From positions 3,968,001 to 4,032,000 of the forward strand of contig OY829846.1 of the NCBI GenBank assembly GCA_963691875.1: a DNA stretch of 64,000 bases. The letters are read 5' to 3'. Positions within the stretch are counted from its first letter, which is position 1. Each line of letters opens with the position of its first letter. Below, piece by piece: positions 30,201 to 40,359 of this stretch. The notes below the pieces were generated by a model. The model was not told where the DNA came from and searched no databases. It worked only from the letters and a program-made list of their open reading frames with translations. A program made the translations under genes and the position numbers. This DNA is from Aureliella sp. (GTDB taxonomy: Bacteria; Planctomycetota; Planctomycetia; Pirellulales; Pirellulaceae).

Positions 30201-32568
30201 GCCAAAACAATCTGAAACCCCGGAGTCAGCACCGGATGCCAAGGTCGCCAAGTCTTCCTTGTTCAACATGCTGGCTCAAGACGGATGGACTTGTTCCGCG
30301 AGGAAGCGAAACGGGGCCTTCCATCTTGCTCTGCTAGCCATTGTCGCTCTTCTCTATCTACGAACGCACAACGATCCATGGTGGGTTTTGGTCACTGAGT
30401 ATGGCTGCATTGCGGCTGGGATTTTGGTCATCTCGCGCGCGGCCAAATATCTAAAACCAGCCACGCAACTCGTTTTGGCTATCGCGATTGGGCTGGTGCC
30501 TTGGTTTCTCGATACTCCGTGGAGGGCGATGAACTACGGCAATGGAATGGAGATCCTGATGCTTGCAAGTTTTGGTTGGATCGGGCTTGGCTTGGCTCTC
30601 TTCGGCTGGCAATCACGCTTGATCAGCCTTGCCGTTGTTGCCAGCGGATTCCTAGTGCTATTCACCACCTTCATTTCAGATTACAGCCAATCGGTATTGT
30701 TCCCCTTTGTCTGGGCTGCACTCTGCTTGTGGTGGCTGGTTGCGAATCAGTGGGAACAAGTAGAAGCATGTCAGGCAACTTCGATCAGTCGCACACGTTA
30801 TCGAATGACGAGCGTCCTTATCGGGCTGCTCTTGGTCACGACAACCTTTGCACTGGTTTCTGGCAGCGGTCTCCGCGTTCTGCATCAACTCGACATCGGC
30901 ATCATGCCGACTAGCGGGGGTAGCAAGTGGAATGATACAGCAGCACGATCCGGCATCGGCAGCGGTGATGCCATCGTGGCTGCGAAAGAACACGCCATGA
31001 GTTTTGGAGCAGTGGAGACCGACTTCTTCCTCGACTCGCACGAACCTAGTCTATTCGACGTCTTCAGCGAGCAGTTTGGTGAGCCTGTTGCCAAAAAGAA
31101 GATCCAAAAAGCCCAAGCATTGGCTGGTAAGGAAACTCAAGATGACGGTCATCATCATTTTTCTGATGCTAATCGAGGCGGTAATGACGAGTTCAGCATC
31201 CAGCGTGATACGCCGAAGCGCAACAAGCCTCTGGACAATCTTCGAGCCAACGCCTTAATGTATTGGCAAGGTTCTAGTGGTATTCGCTTGGCTGTCGACC
31301 GATTTTCCAGGTTCAACGGAAAAAGCTGGAAAAAGGAAGGGCAATCCCCGGAGTTCACACAGCCTGGTGCCGTTCTCATTGGCGAGCAGACCTGGTTCCA
31401 ACCCGCTGGATACACGGTACAAAACGCGCTTAGTCCCTTCGTCGATGCGGTACCGGAGGCGATGAAGTTCACGAAGTACCGCTCCAACATCGTCCCCACA
31501 CGTCCAGGTCTCCAGCTCTGGTGTGTCGACATGCTCGACCGAGCGGACTTTTTCGGAATGAGTGACACTCGCTGCCTTTCCATGACGGGTCGAGATTACG
31601 TGCCGGACTACACAGTGGTACGATTCGTTGATAGCCTGATCGATCTGCAGCGCGTAAGAGCACTGCTCAGCAAGCAGAAGAACTCCCAGGAACACTCTCA
31701 CGTTATCGAGGAAGAGACCAGAGCTCAAATAGCTCAACTCGTCAAGGAATACACGCAAGGTACAGAGCGTAGCTGGGATCAAGTCGACCTGCTATTGCGA
31801 AACCTACGCTGGCACTTCGTACTTGATCGAGAAGTGAGCAGCAAAGATGGTGAACAGCCGCTTTCAAAGTTCCTAGAGCATCGACGCGGTCCCTCTTACA
31901 TGTTCGTCACGACAGCTGCCTTAATGCTGGATGAACTTGGCTATAAGACGCGCATGGCTCGCGGTTTTTATGTCGACCCGAGCAATGCGATTGACGGCGA
32001 ATATTCGGTAATCCCACAAAATGCCCATGTCTGGCTAGAGCTCCACGTGGGCAGTGACAATTGGATTCCGCTCGAGCCCACTCCAGGTTATAGACAACCT
32101 CCATTTCGCGTGACTTGGCATTATCGTCTCTATCAAGCGAGGTTTGCGATCTTCTGGATTGTTTCTGGCACTCTTCTGTTTAGCACAATAACCTATCTCT
32201 TCCGCTTCCGTATCTTTGAAACACTATGCTGGTTGTTATGGCCATTGGTATTGCGGAGTAGCGACCGAAAGCGTGTTCAATGGTTGGTCTCGATCCTAGA
32301 CTGGCGATTCCGATTAGCTGGCATTCGCAGGCCGACAGGAACCCTGCCAAGCCGACATTGTGACGGGCTACTTCAAGAACAAAACCATGCACTTACACCA
32401 CAAGTAAGTCAGCTTTTTGCGGACGCCGATCGCATGTACTACGGCCCGGCCGAGTGCTTGACCGATGCTGGCCGCGACGCATTGCAAGCGTTGTGGAAAC
32501 GACTTAGCTTATTCGAAATCAAGCGTATTCATTTGTCGAAGAGGAGCACACCTGAAACGGTGAGTTAA
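30190..32568 (+). CDS. Membrane protein with transglutaminase-like (Transglut_core) domain, non-canonical triad
   Basis: About 6 N-terminal TM helices; FL.HRRGPSYMF..TAALML..LGY.TR.ARGF, AHVWLE, WIPLEPTPG; C-terminal TM. Start overlaps the DUF58 stop. Confidence 0.85.
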   Translation: MSPKPKQSETPESAPDAKVAKSSLFNMLAQDGWTCSARKRNGAFHLALLAIVALLYLRTHNDPWWVLVTEYGCIAAGILVISRAAKYLKPATQLVLAIAIGLVPWFLDTPWRAMNYGNGMEILMLASFGWIGLGLALFGWQSRLISLAVVASGFLVLFTTFISDYSQSVLFPFVWAALCLWWLVANQWEQVEACQATSISRTRYRMTSVLIGLLLVTTTFALVSGSGLRVLHQLDIGIMPTSGGSKWNDTAARSGIGSGDAIVAAKEHAMSFGAVETDFFLDSHEPSLFDVFSEQFGEPVAKKKIQKAQALAGKETQDDGHHHFSDANRGGNDEFSIQRDTPKRNKPLDNLRANALMYWQGSSGIRLAVDRFSRFNGKSWKKEGQSPEFTQPGAVLIGEQTWFQPAGYTVQNALSPFVDAVPEAMKFTKYRSNIVPTRPGLQLWCVDMLDRADFFGMSDTRCLSMTGRDYVPDYTVVRFVDSLIDLQRVRALLSKQKNSQEHSHVIEEETRAQIAQLVKEYTQGTERSWDQVDLLLRNLRWHFVLDREVSSKDGEQPLSKFLEHRRGPSYMFVTTAALMLDELGYKTRMARGFYVDPSNAIDGEYSVIPQNAHVWLELHVGSDNWIPLEPTPGYRQPPFRVTWHYRLYQARFAIFWIVSGTLLFSTITYLFRFRIFETLCWLLWPLVLRSSDRKRVQWLVSILDWRFRLAGIRRPTGTLPSRHCDGLLQEQNHALTPQVSQLFADADRMYYGPAECLTDAGRDALQALWKRLSLFEIKRIHLSKRSTPETVS

Positions 32569-32569
32569 A

Positions 32570-33523
32570 TTGATGTTAGATGTGGAATCGGCTCCGTCCG
32601 TTGAGCAAGTATTGACTCAGCTGCGGACGAAACTCAATGGAGTCCTTCTGGGTAAGGAAGACAGGATCGAACTGGTCTTGGCTTGCCTTATCTCGGGTGG
32701 CCACTTGCTCTTGGACGATTTACCCGGGCTCGGAAAAACCACACTTGCGAAAGCAATCGCCTCCAGTTTTGGAGCTCGTTTTGCGCGGGTCCAATGTACG
32801 CCGGACTTGTTGCCGACGGACATCATCGGCTTTCAATTGTTCAATCAGAAGGTCCGTGAGTTCGAGTTTCATCCCGGACCAGTATTTTCGGATATCCTGC
32901 TGGCGGACGAACTGAACCGAACGACTCCTCGTACGCAGAGCGCCCTCTTCGAAGCGATGGCTGAGCGTCAAGTGACCGTGGATGGCAAGTCTTCGAAGCT
33001 GTCTTCGACCTTCTTCGTCATCGCAACACAAAATCCGATCGACAGCCACGGTGCCTACCCGCTGCCTGAGGCACAGTTGGATCGCTTCAGCATGAAACTG
33101 GAGATTGGTTATCCTTCCACCGAGTCGCAACTGGCAATCCTATCGCAAGATCGAAGCAGTGGTGAGCCATCGGAGGCGGACGAAAAGGCCAGCGAATTGC
33201 CCCTTGAGGCTCTGACAGCTTTGCAGCAAAAAGCATCCTCTTTGCACATCGACGAAGCCGTTCAACGCTACATTATTGCTTTGTGCGAAGCGACACGTTC
33301 TCACGAATCCGTTGCACTTGGAGTAAGCCCGCGCGGTATGCTTATTTGGCAACAGGTTTCAAAATCCTGGGCATTGCTCCAAGGCAGAGACTTTGTAACA
33401 CCAGCCGATGTGCAAGCAGTCGCACATCCGGTTCTTGGCGTTCGCGTTGTCGCTCGTCAGTTCGATCCTGAAACTCTTATCAACTCGATCCTTGAGAACG
33501 TAGAAGTCCCGACCTACCAATGA
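32570..33523 (+). CDS. MoxR family AAA+ ATPase (copy 1)
   Basis: [50 protein letters not shown]. Confidence 0.95.
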   Translation: MMLDVESAPSVEQVLTQLRTKLNGVLLGKEDRIELVLACLISGGHLLLDDLPGLGKTTLAKAIASSFGARFARVQCTPDLLPTDIIGFQLFNQKVREFEFHPGPVFSDILLADELNRTTPRTQSALFEAMAERQVTVDGKSSKLSSTFFVIATQNPIDSHGAYPLPEAQLDRFSMKLEIGYPSTESQLAILSQDRSSGEPSEADEKASELPLEALTALQQKASSLHIDEAVQRYIIALCEATRSHESVALGVSPRGMLIWQQVSKSWALLQGRDFVTPADVQAVAHPVLGVRVVARQFDPETLINSILENVEVPTYQ

Positions 33524-34308
33524 GAAATGAGAACTCGCGATTTTTTGGCGAACTAGGCATGGTCTCGAAACTAGTTGCAGAAGTCGTCAAAACTTTCGGT
33601 GCAATGCCAAAACCGAAACCCTTGACGGGTTCCGCTACCAAAATCGAACTTTTGAGACAGAGCCTAGTACTTTGCGTTTCACTCTCCCTAAGCCTCTGTG
33701 TTTGGGGTGTTGGTTGTGGTTCAACAGCGGGTTCCGGGCAATCTAAGTTTGAACATAGTCATGAACATGCACATGGCGCAGGTCAGGACCCAAGACATAA
33801 GCATGAGAACTTTGAAGGCTCGCACTCTCACGCCTATGAACACGAACACCGGCAAGGTGAAGCTCTTTTCGGCGGGTGGATCGCTCCGGTCGGTCACACG
33901 CATCAAGAATCGGGTGAAACGCACTACGCCGTCGAAGTGATGCCGATTGAAAACAATTCCCTGAGCCTCTATTTCTTAGTTGAGAAAGATAGCAAGCTGG
34001 ATTTAGCAAACGCTAAATTCAACGAGACAACGGCATACATGGGCGAGCCAGACGCACCCCCAGCAATGGCTCGCGAAGTTACTTTTCAAGCCGACGAAGA
34101 CGCTGCTTCTTATTCTACCGAAGTGCCTGAATTTCTGCATGGTAAAGAGAAAATCGAAGTTGTCTTTGCACGCGTCGAGTTTGGCGGAGAGAGCTTGAGC
34201 TTCAACATCGAAACTGGCTATCCAGAAGCTGAGATGACGCCAGACGACGGCTCGGCAGCAAGTACTGAAGCTGACGTCGAGCCTTTTGAAGACGAAAGTA
34301 ACGGTTAA
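33520..34308 (+). CDS. His-rich putative lipoprotein (candidate metal-binding protein)
   Basis: Hydrophobic stretch ending GVGC (lipobox-like), then HSHEHAH...HKHE..SHSH..EHEH and GGWIAPVGHTH..HYAVE; acidic tail. ATGA overlap with the moxR stop, though the real start may be downstream. Confidence 0.75.
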   Translation: MRNENSRFFGELGMVSKLVAEVVKTFGAMPKPKPLTGSATKIELLRQSLVLCVSLSLSLCVWGVGCGSTAGSGQSKFEHSHEHAHGAGQDPRHKHENFEGSHSHAYEHEHRQGEALFGGWIAPVGHTHQESGETHYAVEVMPIENNSLSLYFLVEKDSKLDLANAKFNETTAYMGEPDAPPAMAREVTFQADEDAASYSTEVPEFLHGKEKIEVVFARVEFGGESLSFNIETGYPEAEMTPDDGSAASTEADVEPFEDESNG

Positions 34309-35945
34309 TGATGGATTGGGTACTGCTCGCTGACGGACCTGGATTCACCGGCCTTCTAAGCGATTTCAACACGATGTTCTGGAGTGGAGTTCTCCGGATC
34401 TTTGAGGCCATCATTGCTGCGGCGCCTTACCTGGTCTCTGGGGCTTTTGCTGCTGGCATACTACGAGGCATGGTCGGCGCGGAGCGGCTACAACGCCTAC
34501 TGGCCGTACACCATTGGTCCAGCCCCTTGCGCGCCTGGGCATTCGGAATCTTGCTGCCCGTCTGTTCGCTCGGTGCTCTTCCAATTGCACGAGAACTTCG
34601 CCGTGCAGGTGTGCCGAGTGGTACGGTGCTAAGTTTTGTTCTAGTTGCCCCAGTGCTAAATCCCGTATCGATCATTTACGGCCTGAGTCATATTGAGCCG
34701 GTGATGCTGATCTATTTTGCCATCGGTACTTTCATCATTTCGATCGGAATCGGCTTACTTTGGAATCGGCTGATCTCGGCGGAGCGCGACACGCAGCCAG
34801 AACAACTTGAAAGACCACCAGTCGACAGCTTGCAGCGACTCCAAGTCGTTGGCACTACTGCAGCTCGATCTGTTTTTGGACGAACTTGTATCGATTATGC
34901 ACTCGCGTTGCTTGCCGTTGGATTCCTGGGGGCCTTTCTTCCCCATGCGGTACTTTCATCAGGACTAACCCGTGACAACATCTTCGCTCCCGCATTGATG
35001 GGCATTGTGGCGATTCCCGTTTACGTGACGCCAACCGAAGTGATGATGCACTTCGGTCACATCGTCCGTGATGGTTTCTCACTGGGAGCTGCTTTTGCAC
35101 TGATCGTCCTTGGAGCAGGAGCCAATGTGGGAGTCGCGAATTGGTTGCGACGTGACTATGGCTTCCGACCGCTCATGCTTTTCGTTTGCTCCCTGATTGG
35201 AGCTACGTTATTGCTAGGTGTCACGGCCGATCGTAGCCTGCCATCGGGTGCGGCCACGCAGCAGGACCATACCCACGCTTTCGACAGCTTCACCCGACTT
35301 TCCAGCGTTCCAGCAAGAGACGCCAACCCCGTCTGGGTATTTAAGAAGGTATGGACAGAGTCGAGTGTCACCGAAATCTACGGACTTGAGCTACTCGCCA
35401 TCCTGATGGTATGTGGGTTTGTCCTGTTTCTCGCTGGGGATCGACTTGAGATCGAGTCGATCATGCTGGCCACCAAACAAGCTTCCGCTACGGAGCTGAC
35501 TAGTCCGAAGTGGGATCCCGCGCTCAGCACGGGGCAACTTGCAGCCGCAACGATCACTGGCGTTCTGGCCTTAAGTACACTCGGCTTGTATTTGTTCTAT
35601 CCAGCGAAGGAAGAGATTCTAGACGATTTAATCAACCTGCGTTTCGGCGTTCGCGAGGCAGTGGCAAACGAGGATCTCCCAGAGCTTCAACGACAAGTAC
35701 GGTTGCTTCGAACTCAGGTGCAGAAGCTTCCCACCAGCGCACGAATTCGCTTCCAAACTGTCACGGAAGAGCGGCAGAAGAGCGTTGAGGAGCTCTTATA
35801 CAGCCTCAAAACGATTGAGAACTATGCCAATGCTGGCAAGTTCACGCAGGCCAGCTTCATGTTGAATTACTTTGAAAAGACCTACATGAGGTGCAGCAGC
35901 GCGTTCCGGGAAGCCAAACCGCTAAACATACCGACGGCCCCGTGA
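34308..35945 (+). CDS. DUF318/ArsP-type predicted permease with C-terminal soluble helical domain
   Basis: GILLPVCSLGALP, FVLVAPVLNP, second repeat AIPVYVTP, DHTHAFD loop, many TM helices; TAATG coupling to the upstream gene. Confidence 0.85.
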   Translation: MMDWVLLADGPGFTGLLSDFNTMFWSGVLRIFEAIIAAAPYLVSGAFAAGILRGMVGAERLQRLLAVHHWSSPLRAWAFGILLPVCSLGALPIARELRRAGVPSGTVLSFVLVAPVLNPVSIIYGLSHIEPVMLIYFAIGTFIISIGIGLLWNRLISAERDTQPEQLERPPVDSLQRLQVVGTTAARSVFGRTCIDYALALLAVGFLGAFLPHAVLSSGLTRDNIFAPALMGIVAIPVYVTPTEVMMHFGHIVRDGFSLGAAFALIVLGAGANVGVANWLRRDYGFRPLMLFVCSLIGATLLLGVTADRSLPSGAATQQDHTHAFDSFTRLSSVPARDANPVWVFKKVWTESSVTEIYGLELLAILMVCGFVLFLAGDRLEIESIMLATKQASATELTSPKWDPALSTGQLAAATITGVLALSTLGLYLFYPAKEEILDDLINLRFGVREAVANEDLPELQRQVRLLRTQVQKLPTSARIRFQTVTEERQKSVEELLYSLKTIENYANAGKFTQASFMLNYFEKTYMRCSSAFREAKPLNIPTAP

Positions 35946-35964
35946 TCCCGCAGCCCAATGGAAT

Positions 35965-36417
35965 TCAGAACCAACGAAGCTTCGCTTTCGGATATCCCCA
36001 AGAAAGGGCGAGTGCGTCGGCGGCTTCTTCTTTGTCGGTGATCTCGCCCCAGCCGCCATTTCGCAAGAATGCGTGAGCCAATTCATGCGCGATAATATAC
36101 AAAGCAAAATCTTCTGGCGCACGGTCCAGCTTCTTTCTGAGCACAACACATCGGCTGACCTCGCGACCAGAACTTGGCAGAGGCATGAACATCTTCGAAC
36201 CCTTGCCAGGCTGATAATCCTCCAGCCGCATAGCGAAGGTTGAATCGGCGGCAAAATCCTCGAATACTTCTTCCGGCAGTGAACGCAGTACGCTCAAGAC
36301 ACGCATTTCCAAGACTGGAAATTCGCTGAATGCCGAGGTGTATTCCTCAATGCGTCGCGATTTCGCCGAAGACGACGCCTGAATCTTCGGTGGGAAATCA
36401 GAGGTTTCGTCTGACAC
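35965..36417 (-). CDS. Small zincin-like protein (HExxH)
   Basis: YIIAHELAHAFL followed by EEAADALA; GTG start 2 nt after the DUF4159 gene stop. Confidence 0.75.
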   Translation of the reverse strand: MSDETSDFPPKIQASSSAKSRRIEEYTSAFSEFPVLEMRVLSVLRSLPEEVFEDFAADSTFAMRLEDYQPGKGSKMFMPLPSSGREVSRCVVLRKKLDRAPEDFALYIIAHELAHAFLRNGGWGEITDKEEAADALALSWGYPKAKLRWF

Positions 36418-36419
36418 TC

Positions 36420-38885
36420 TTATTCCTGCAGCAGAGCGAACAGAAGTGTGTTAATTCCGATGCGAGCTGCATCCTCTCGGAAGTAGCCTCGACATTGCAA
36501 AGAGTGCTTACTTTCCAGGGCACAGCTCAAATCCAGCTCGGAGAAGGCAATCACCATTCGTCCATTCTTCTTGCCAACTTCGAGTCGTGGTGGACCACGC
36601 CGCGTGGCCGCCGCAAGCGTCTCACCGGTGTCTGTTGGATCGATGATCTGCACATCCCGAATGGGATAGCCTCCGTAGCGATCCGTGAACAAAGCATGGC
36701 CTGGGTCTAGCATCTTCAACTCGTCGCCCAGGATGATTTCCATTTCGCGCCGAAAACTTTCAGCAAAAGCCTTGTCTGCACAAACAGCATCGGCAAAAAG
36801 AAAGCCATCATTTTCGAAGAACTCTTTAAGAGCATCGCGCTGCTTTTGAGCAAGTACTAACTCGCCGCGTCCATGCATGTAGACCACCGAATAGCGCTGC
36901 AGATTCTCCGTGTCGATCGAAATGATCTTTCGCTCACTGCTGACCATCTCGCCGCCGCGCTCATCCTTGTGCATCCATTGCACCATCGTCGGAACTGCTC
37001 GAACCGCGTCATCATAGCCCGCATTATGCTGCAGCTTGGGTAGGAAGAACACACCGCGTTCGGTGGGAGCCTGATTGTCAACATCTTCGAGAATAGTGAC
37101 GGTATCCAGCTTCTCCTTTAACTCTTTGCCAGTCGCATAGGACAAGATGTTAAGCCCGATCAATGTGGCTGTGTCCAAATCAAGCTTCACGCGATCGTTG
37201 TATTTGGGCTTTGCGCCGTAGGGCACGTTTAGCTCCCATCGACAGCTGAGGCTATAAGGAACGTAGACGACTCCCAACCTGCAACAACTCTGCACCCCGT
37301 AGATATTTGCGTCAGCATCTGGCAACCCTTCCGGTTGCACTTTTCCCTCGGCGTACCAGATTGGATGATCCGGCGGCAATGCTTCCAGCGGCTTGTCAAA
37401 GAGTTCAACCACCAACTCACGGAAGTACTGCTCAAAGCCTTGTCCGTTGCATCCATCACGATTACAGCCTTCCGCGAAGATGAACCCGCCACCCTCGACG
37501 TAATCCTTCAGCATCTTCTTCTGCCGGCTGCTGAACTTTGGCTGCAGCGTCCCACTGATGAACAGTACGGGCGATTCAAGCAGTTCTGCAAGACTCGCTT
37601 GATTGATGTCCATGTTTTGCCAAGCCAGGTCTCGTTTCCACGCTTGCTCAGTGTGAGAAGTAATATGCTGCACTGCCAACGAGTGATGATTCCAATCCGT
37701 GGGATCACTACTTGGATATTGCAGGCGACTCATCAAGATCTTGCGCTTCCCCTTGGACAGAAAAAGTAGCGCGAACGCTGTATCTGAAACGACGTTTCCG
37801 TCGGTGATTCGACCAACTGAAAAACTTCCTTGATTGGGCGTTTGCTTCACGCGAATCAAAAACTCTGTCCCCTCGCGGTACCAGTCGTGTCTACCAATGA
37901 AGCGACGCCCCGTGAGACGCCCAACCCGTTCCAAAGCATACATGTAGTAGTAGTAGTAATGATTCCCCATCGCAGGATTGCTGGTCACTTGGAATGCATT
38001 GCCGAGCCAACTAAGAGCTCTCTCGATGCGGTCATTCGTTGAATCATCATTGCCACAACAAGAGATAGTTTGCCCCGCTGAACTCTCTTTCGACTTGGCG
38101 GCAGAACCAGCAATGACCAGAGAGGCGATCCCCGCGCAGGTCATACTGCCTCTGGGCTTTGTATCACCGCGATACCCAAATGCACCCGAACTTAACTGCA
38201 CTTTCTCCCAGTAGCTTAGAGAACGCTGAAACACCTTGTCCCAAGTCGCTTGCGGGTAGTTTGCGACTCCACTGCGTTGCGCTTCATGCAAGGCGAGTAG
38301 CGCGAACTGACTGTTCGATTCGTCCGGTGGTTGTCGTGTATCTTCATCGTAGGACCATCCGCCATTTTTATTCTGTGCCTTAATCAACCATTCCGCATTG
38401 CGGCGAATCAATGGTGCGTACTTGCGGGGATTCGCAGTACAGAGCGCCATGGTCTGCAGGGAAGCGGTATAAACGAAAGCCAGCTCACGGCTACTAATGT
38501 GATCCAGAGCTTTCTGCAACTTTGGATGATCGAGTTCAACGCCGGCGTTCAGTAACGCCAAAGTAACCAAGCAAGAAACACCCATCTCGTAACGATGACC
38601 CATCGTGAACTCGGGCCAACCGCCATCTCCCAGCTGAGCCTGCATGAGATAATCAACTGCCAGATCGATTGACTTTTCTACTTCTGCCGTCGTAATCGGA
38701 CCTCGCCCATTCTGCGCTTTGGCCGCGGGAAAAACCGGCGTAAATGCCGCCAGAATGGCCGAAACCAAAACAAGGGATCGGCAAAGGTTTCCAGACGAGT
38801 GGCTTGGCTGCATAAGATTCATGAGCAAGAACCGCTTTTGTAGGGTGAACAAGTCACTTCTCAATAGGTCGAATCTAGGTCGCAT
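36420..38885 (-). CDS. Prenyltransferase/squalene-cyclase-repeat alpha-barrel plus two DUF4159 domains
   Basis: Q..DGGW, QNKNGGWSY, D.SNSQFALLAL, YYYMYALERVG repeats; two DUF4159-like units (PVLFISG..GGFIFAE; VYMHG..GFLFADAVC). True start likely near 38813-38822. Confidence 0.85.
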   Translation of the reverse strand: MRPRFDLLRSDLFTLQKRFLLMNLMQPSHSSGNLCRSLVLVSAILAAFTPVFPAAKAQNGRGPITTAEVEKSIDLAVDYLMQAQLGDGGWPEFTMGHRYEMGVSCLVTLALLNAGVELDHPKLQKALDHISSRELAFVYTASLQTMALCTANPRKYAPLIRRNAEWLIKAQNKNGGWSYDEDTRQPPDESNSQFALLALHEAQRSGVANYPQATWDKVFQRSLSYWEKVQLSSGAFGYRGDTKPRGSMTCAGIASLVIAGSAAKSKESSAGQTISCCGNDDSTNDRIERALSWLGNAFQVTSNPAMGNHYYYYYMYALERVGRLTGRRFIGRHDWYREGTEFLIRVKQTPNQGSFSVGRITDGNVVSDTAFALLFLSKGKRKILMSRLQYPSSDPTDWNHHSLAVQHITSHTEQAWKRDLAWQNMDINQASLAELLESPVLFISGTLQPKFSSRQKKMLKDYVEGGGFIFAEGCNRDGCNGQGFEQYFRELVVELFDKPLEALPPDHPIWYAEGKVQPEGLPDADANIYGVQSCCRLGVVYVPYSLSCRWELNVPYGAKPKYNDRVKLDLDTATLIGLNILSYATGKELKEKLDTVTILEDVDNQAPTERGVFFLPKLQHNAGYDDAVRAVPTMVQWMHKDERGGEMVSSERKIISIDTENLQRYSVVYMHGRGELVLAQKQRDALKEFFENDGFLFADAVCADKAFAESFRREMEIILGDELKMLDPGHALFTDRYGGYPIRDVQIIDPTDTGETLAAATRRGPPRLEVGKKNGRMVIAFSELDLSCALESKHSLQCRGYFREDAARIGINTLLFALLQE

Positions 38886-39243
38886 TGTGCAGACAACAGT
38901 TCTCGAATGATGGATTCACGAACCATGTCAGGAAGCCTACGTTAATTGTATCGATTTACATCTTATGCCATCGCGGCGATATGGTCTCGTGCCGCAACCA
39001 GCTCGAAACGGCTAAGATAAACTATCGGTCACAGACCGTAAGAATTGTACTACTCCACCTGTCGCTGCCGAATAATCAATGCATGCTAGGTTTGGATTCG
39101 AGAACGAATCGGCGCCACCATCGCCTGCTGTCCTCGGCCAACGTAGAAATAACTCAGCGAAAAGTTTAAGTCAAAATTTCGCTTTTGACCCTCCTCACAC
39201 TAATTCTCTGCCAACTTCGATGGCCACCTGATAGGAATGCCAA

Positions 39244-40314
39244 GTGTCGAATCAGCCTCCCAATAAACCCAAGAATGTAGGCGACTTGCTGCGTGAGTTT
39301 CGTGAGCACCGCGACACCATGCGACAAGAACTGGCCAAAGTCGTCATCGGTCAGGATGAGGTGATCGAGCAACTACTTGCGGCCATTTTCACTCGTGGTC
39401 ACTGTCTGCTAGAAGGTGTTCCGGGCCTTGCGAAGACCTTGATGGTCAGCTCACTCGCACGCATCGTCGACGTGGACTTCAACCGAATTCAGTTCACACC
39501 CGACTTGATGCCTTCGGACATTACCGGAACAAACGTCTTGGATGAAGACGAAGCCGGCAAACGACAGTTCCGATTCGTCGAAGGTCCAATCTTCACCAAC
39601 ATCCTGCTCGCCGACGAAATTAACCGAACGCCTCCCAAAACGCAGGCGGCTCTCCTACAGGCGATGCAAGAACGAGAAATCTCGGTGGGACGCAGCACCT
39701 ATGACCTGCCCGACCCTTTCTTTACGATCGCAACGCAGAACCCGATCGAGCAAGAAGGAACTTACCCGCTGCCCGAAGCCCAGTTGGACCGCTTTATGTT
39801 CAACATCAAAGTGGGATATCCCACAGCAGATGAAGAAGAACAGATTCTGCTGGCAACAACCAAGAATGAAAAACCTGAAGTCCACAAAGTGCTTTCCGCT
39901 CGAGCGATCATCAACATCCAGAAATTGGTGCAAAGCGTTGCAGTGAGCCCCTATGTCGTGAAGTATGTGGCGCAGCTAGTACGTGCAACACGACCTGCAG
40001 ACGAAAAAGCTCCACAGTTCGTCAAAGAACTCGTCGATTGGGGAGCAGGCCCACGAGCCGGTCAGTTCTTGATCAACGGCGGCAAAGCGATCGCCGCGAT
40101 GGATGGTCGCTTCAGTATCGCGATCGAGGACATTCGCGCCGTCGCAATTCCGGTTCTGCGCCACCGCGTGAGCACGAATTTCCAAGCTCAAGCAGAAGGC
40201 ATGACCACTGAGAAAATCATCGAACGATTGATTGCTGAAATTCCTGAACCCAAGGTTCCCAAGTTCGCTGGCGACGCGCCTCCGGCGCCCCCAGTTTCGA
40301 AAAAGAGAAAGTAG
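39244..40314 (+). CDS. MoxR family AAA+ ATPase (copy 2, Bat-type cluster)
   Basis: [59 protein letters not shown]. Confidence 0.96.
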   Translation: MSNQPPNKPKNVGDLLREFREHRDTMRQELAKVVIGQDEVIEQLLAAIFTRGHCLLEGVPGLAKTLMVSSLARIVDVDFNRIQFTPDLMPSDITGTNVLDEDEAGKRQFRFVEGPIFTNILLADEINRTPPKTQAALLQAMQEREISVGRSTYDLPDPFFTIATQNPIEQEGTYPLPEAQLDRFMFNIKVGYPTADEEEQILLATTKNEKPEVHKVLSARAIINIQKLVQSVAVSPYVVKYVAQLVRATRPADEKAPQFVKELVDWGAGPRAGQFLINGGKAIAAMDGRFSIAIEDIRAVAIPVLRHRVSTNFQAQAEGMTTEKIIERLIAEIPEPKVPKFAGDAPPAPPVSKKRK

Positions 40315-40359
40315 TAGGCTCGATCGCCGTTCTATCATGGGCTGATCCGCTGGGGTACT

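Noticed and set aside
37944..37958. (GTA)n trinucleotide run as a phase-variable microsatellite
   Set aside because: It encodes the Tyr-rich YYYYY motif expected in this alpha-barrel family and is in frame.
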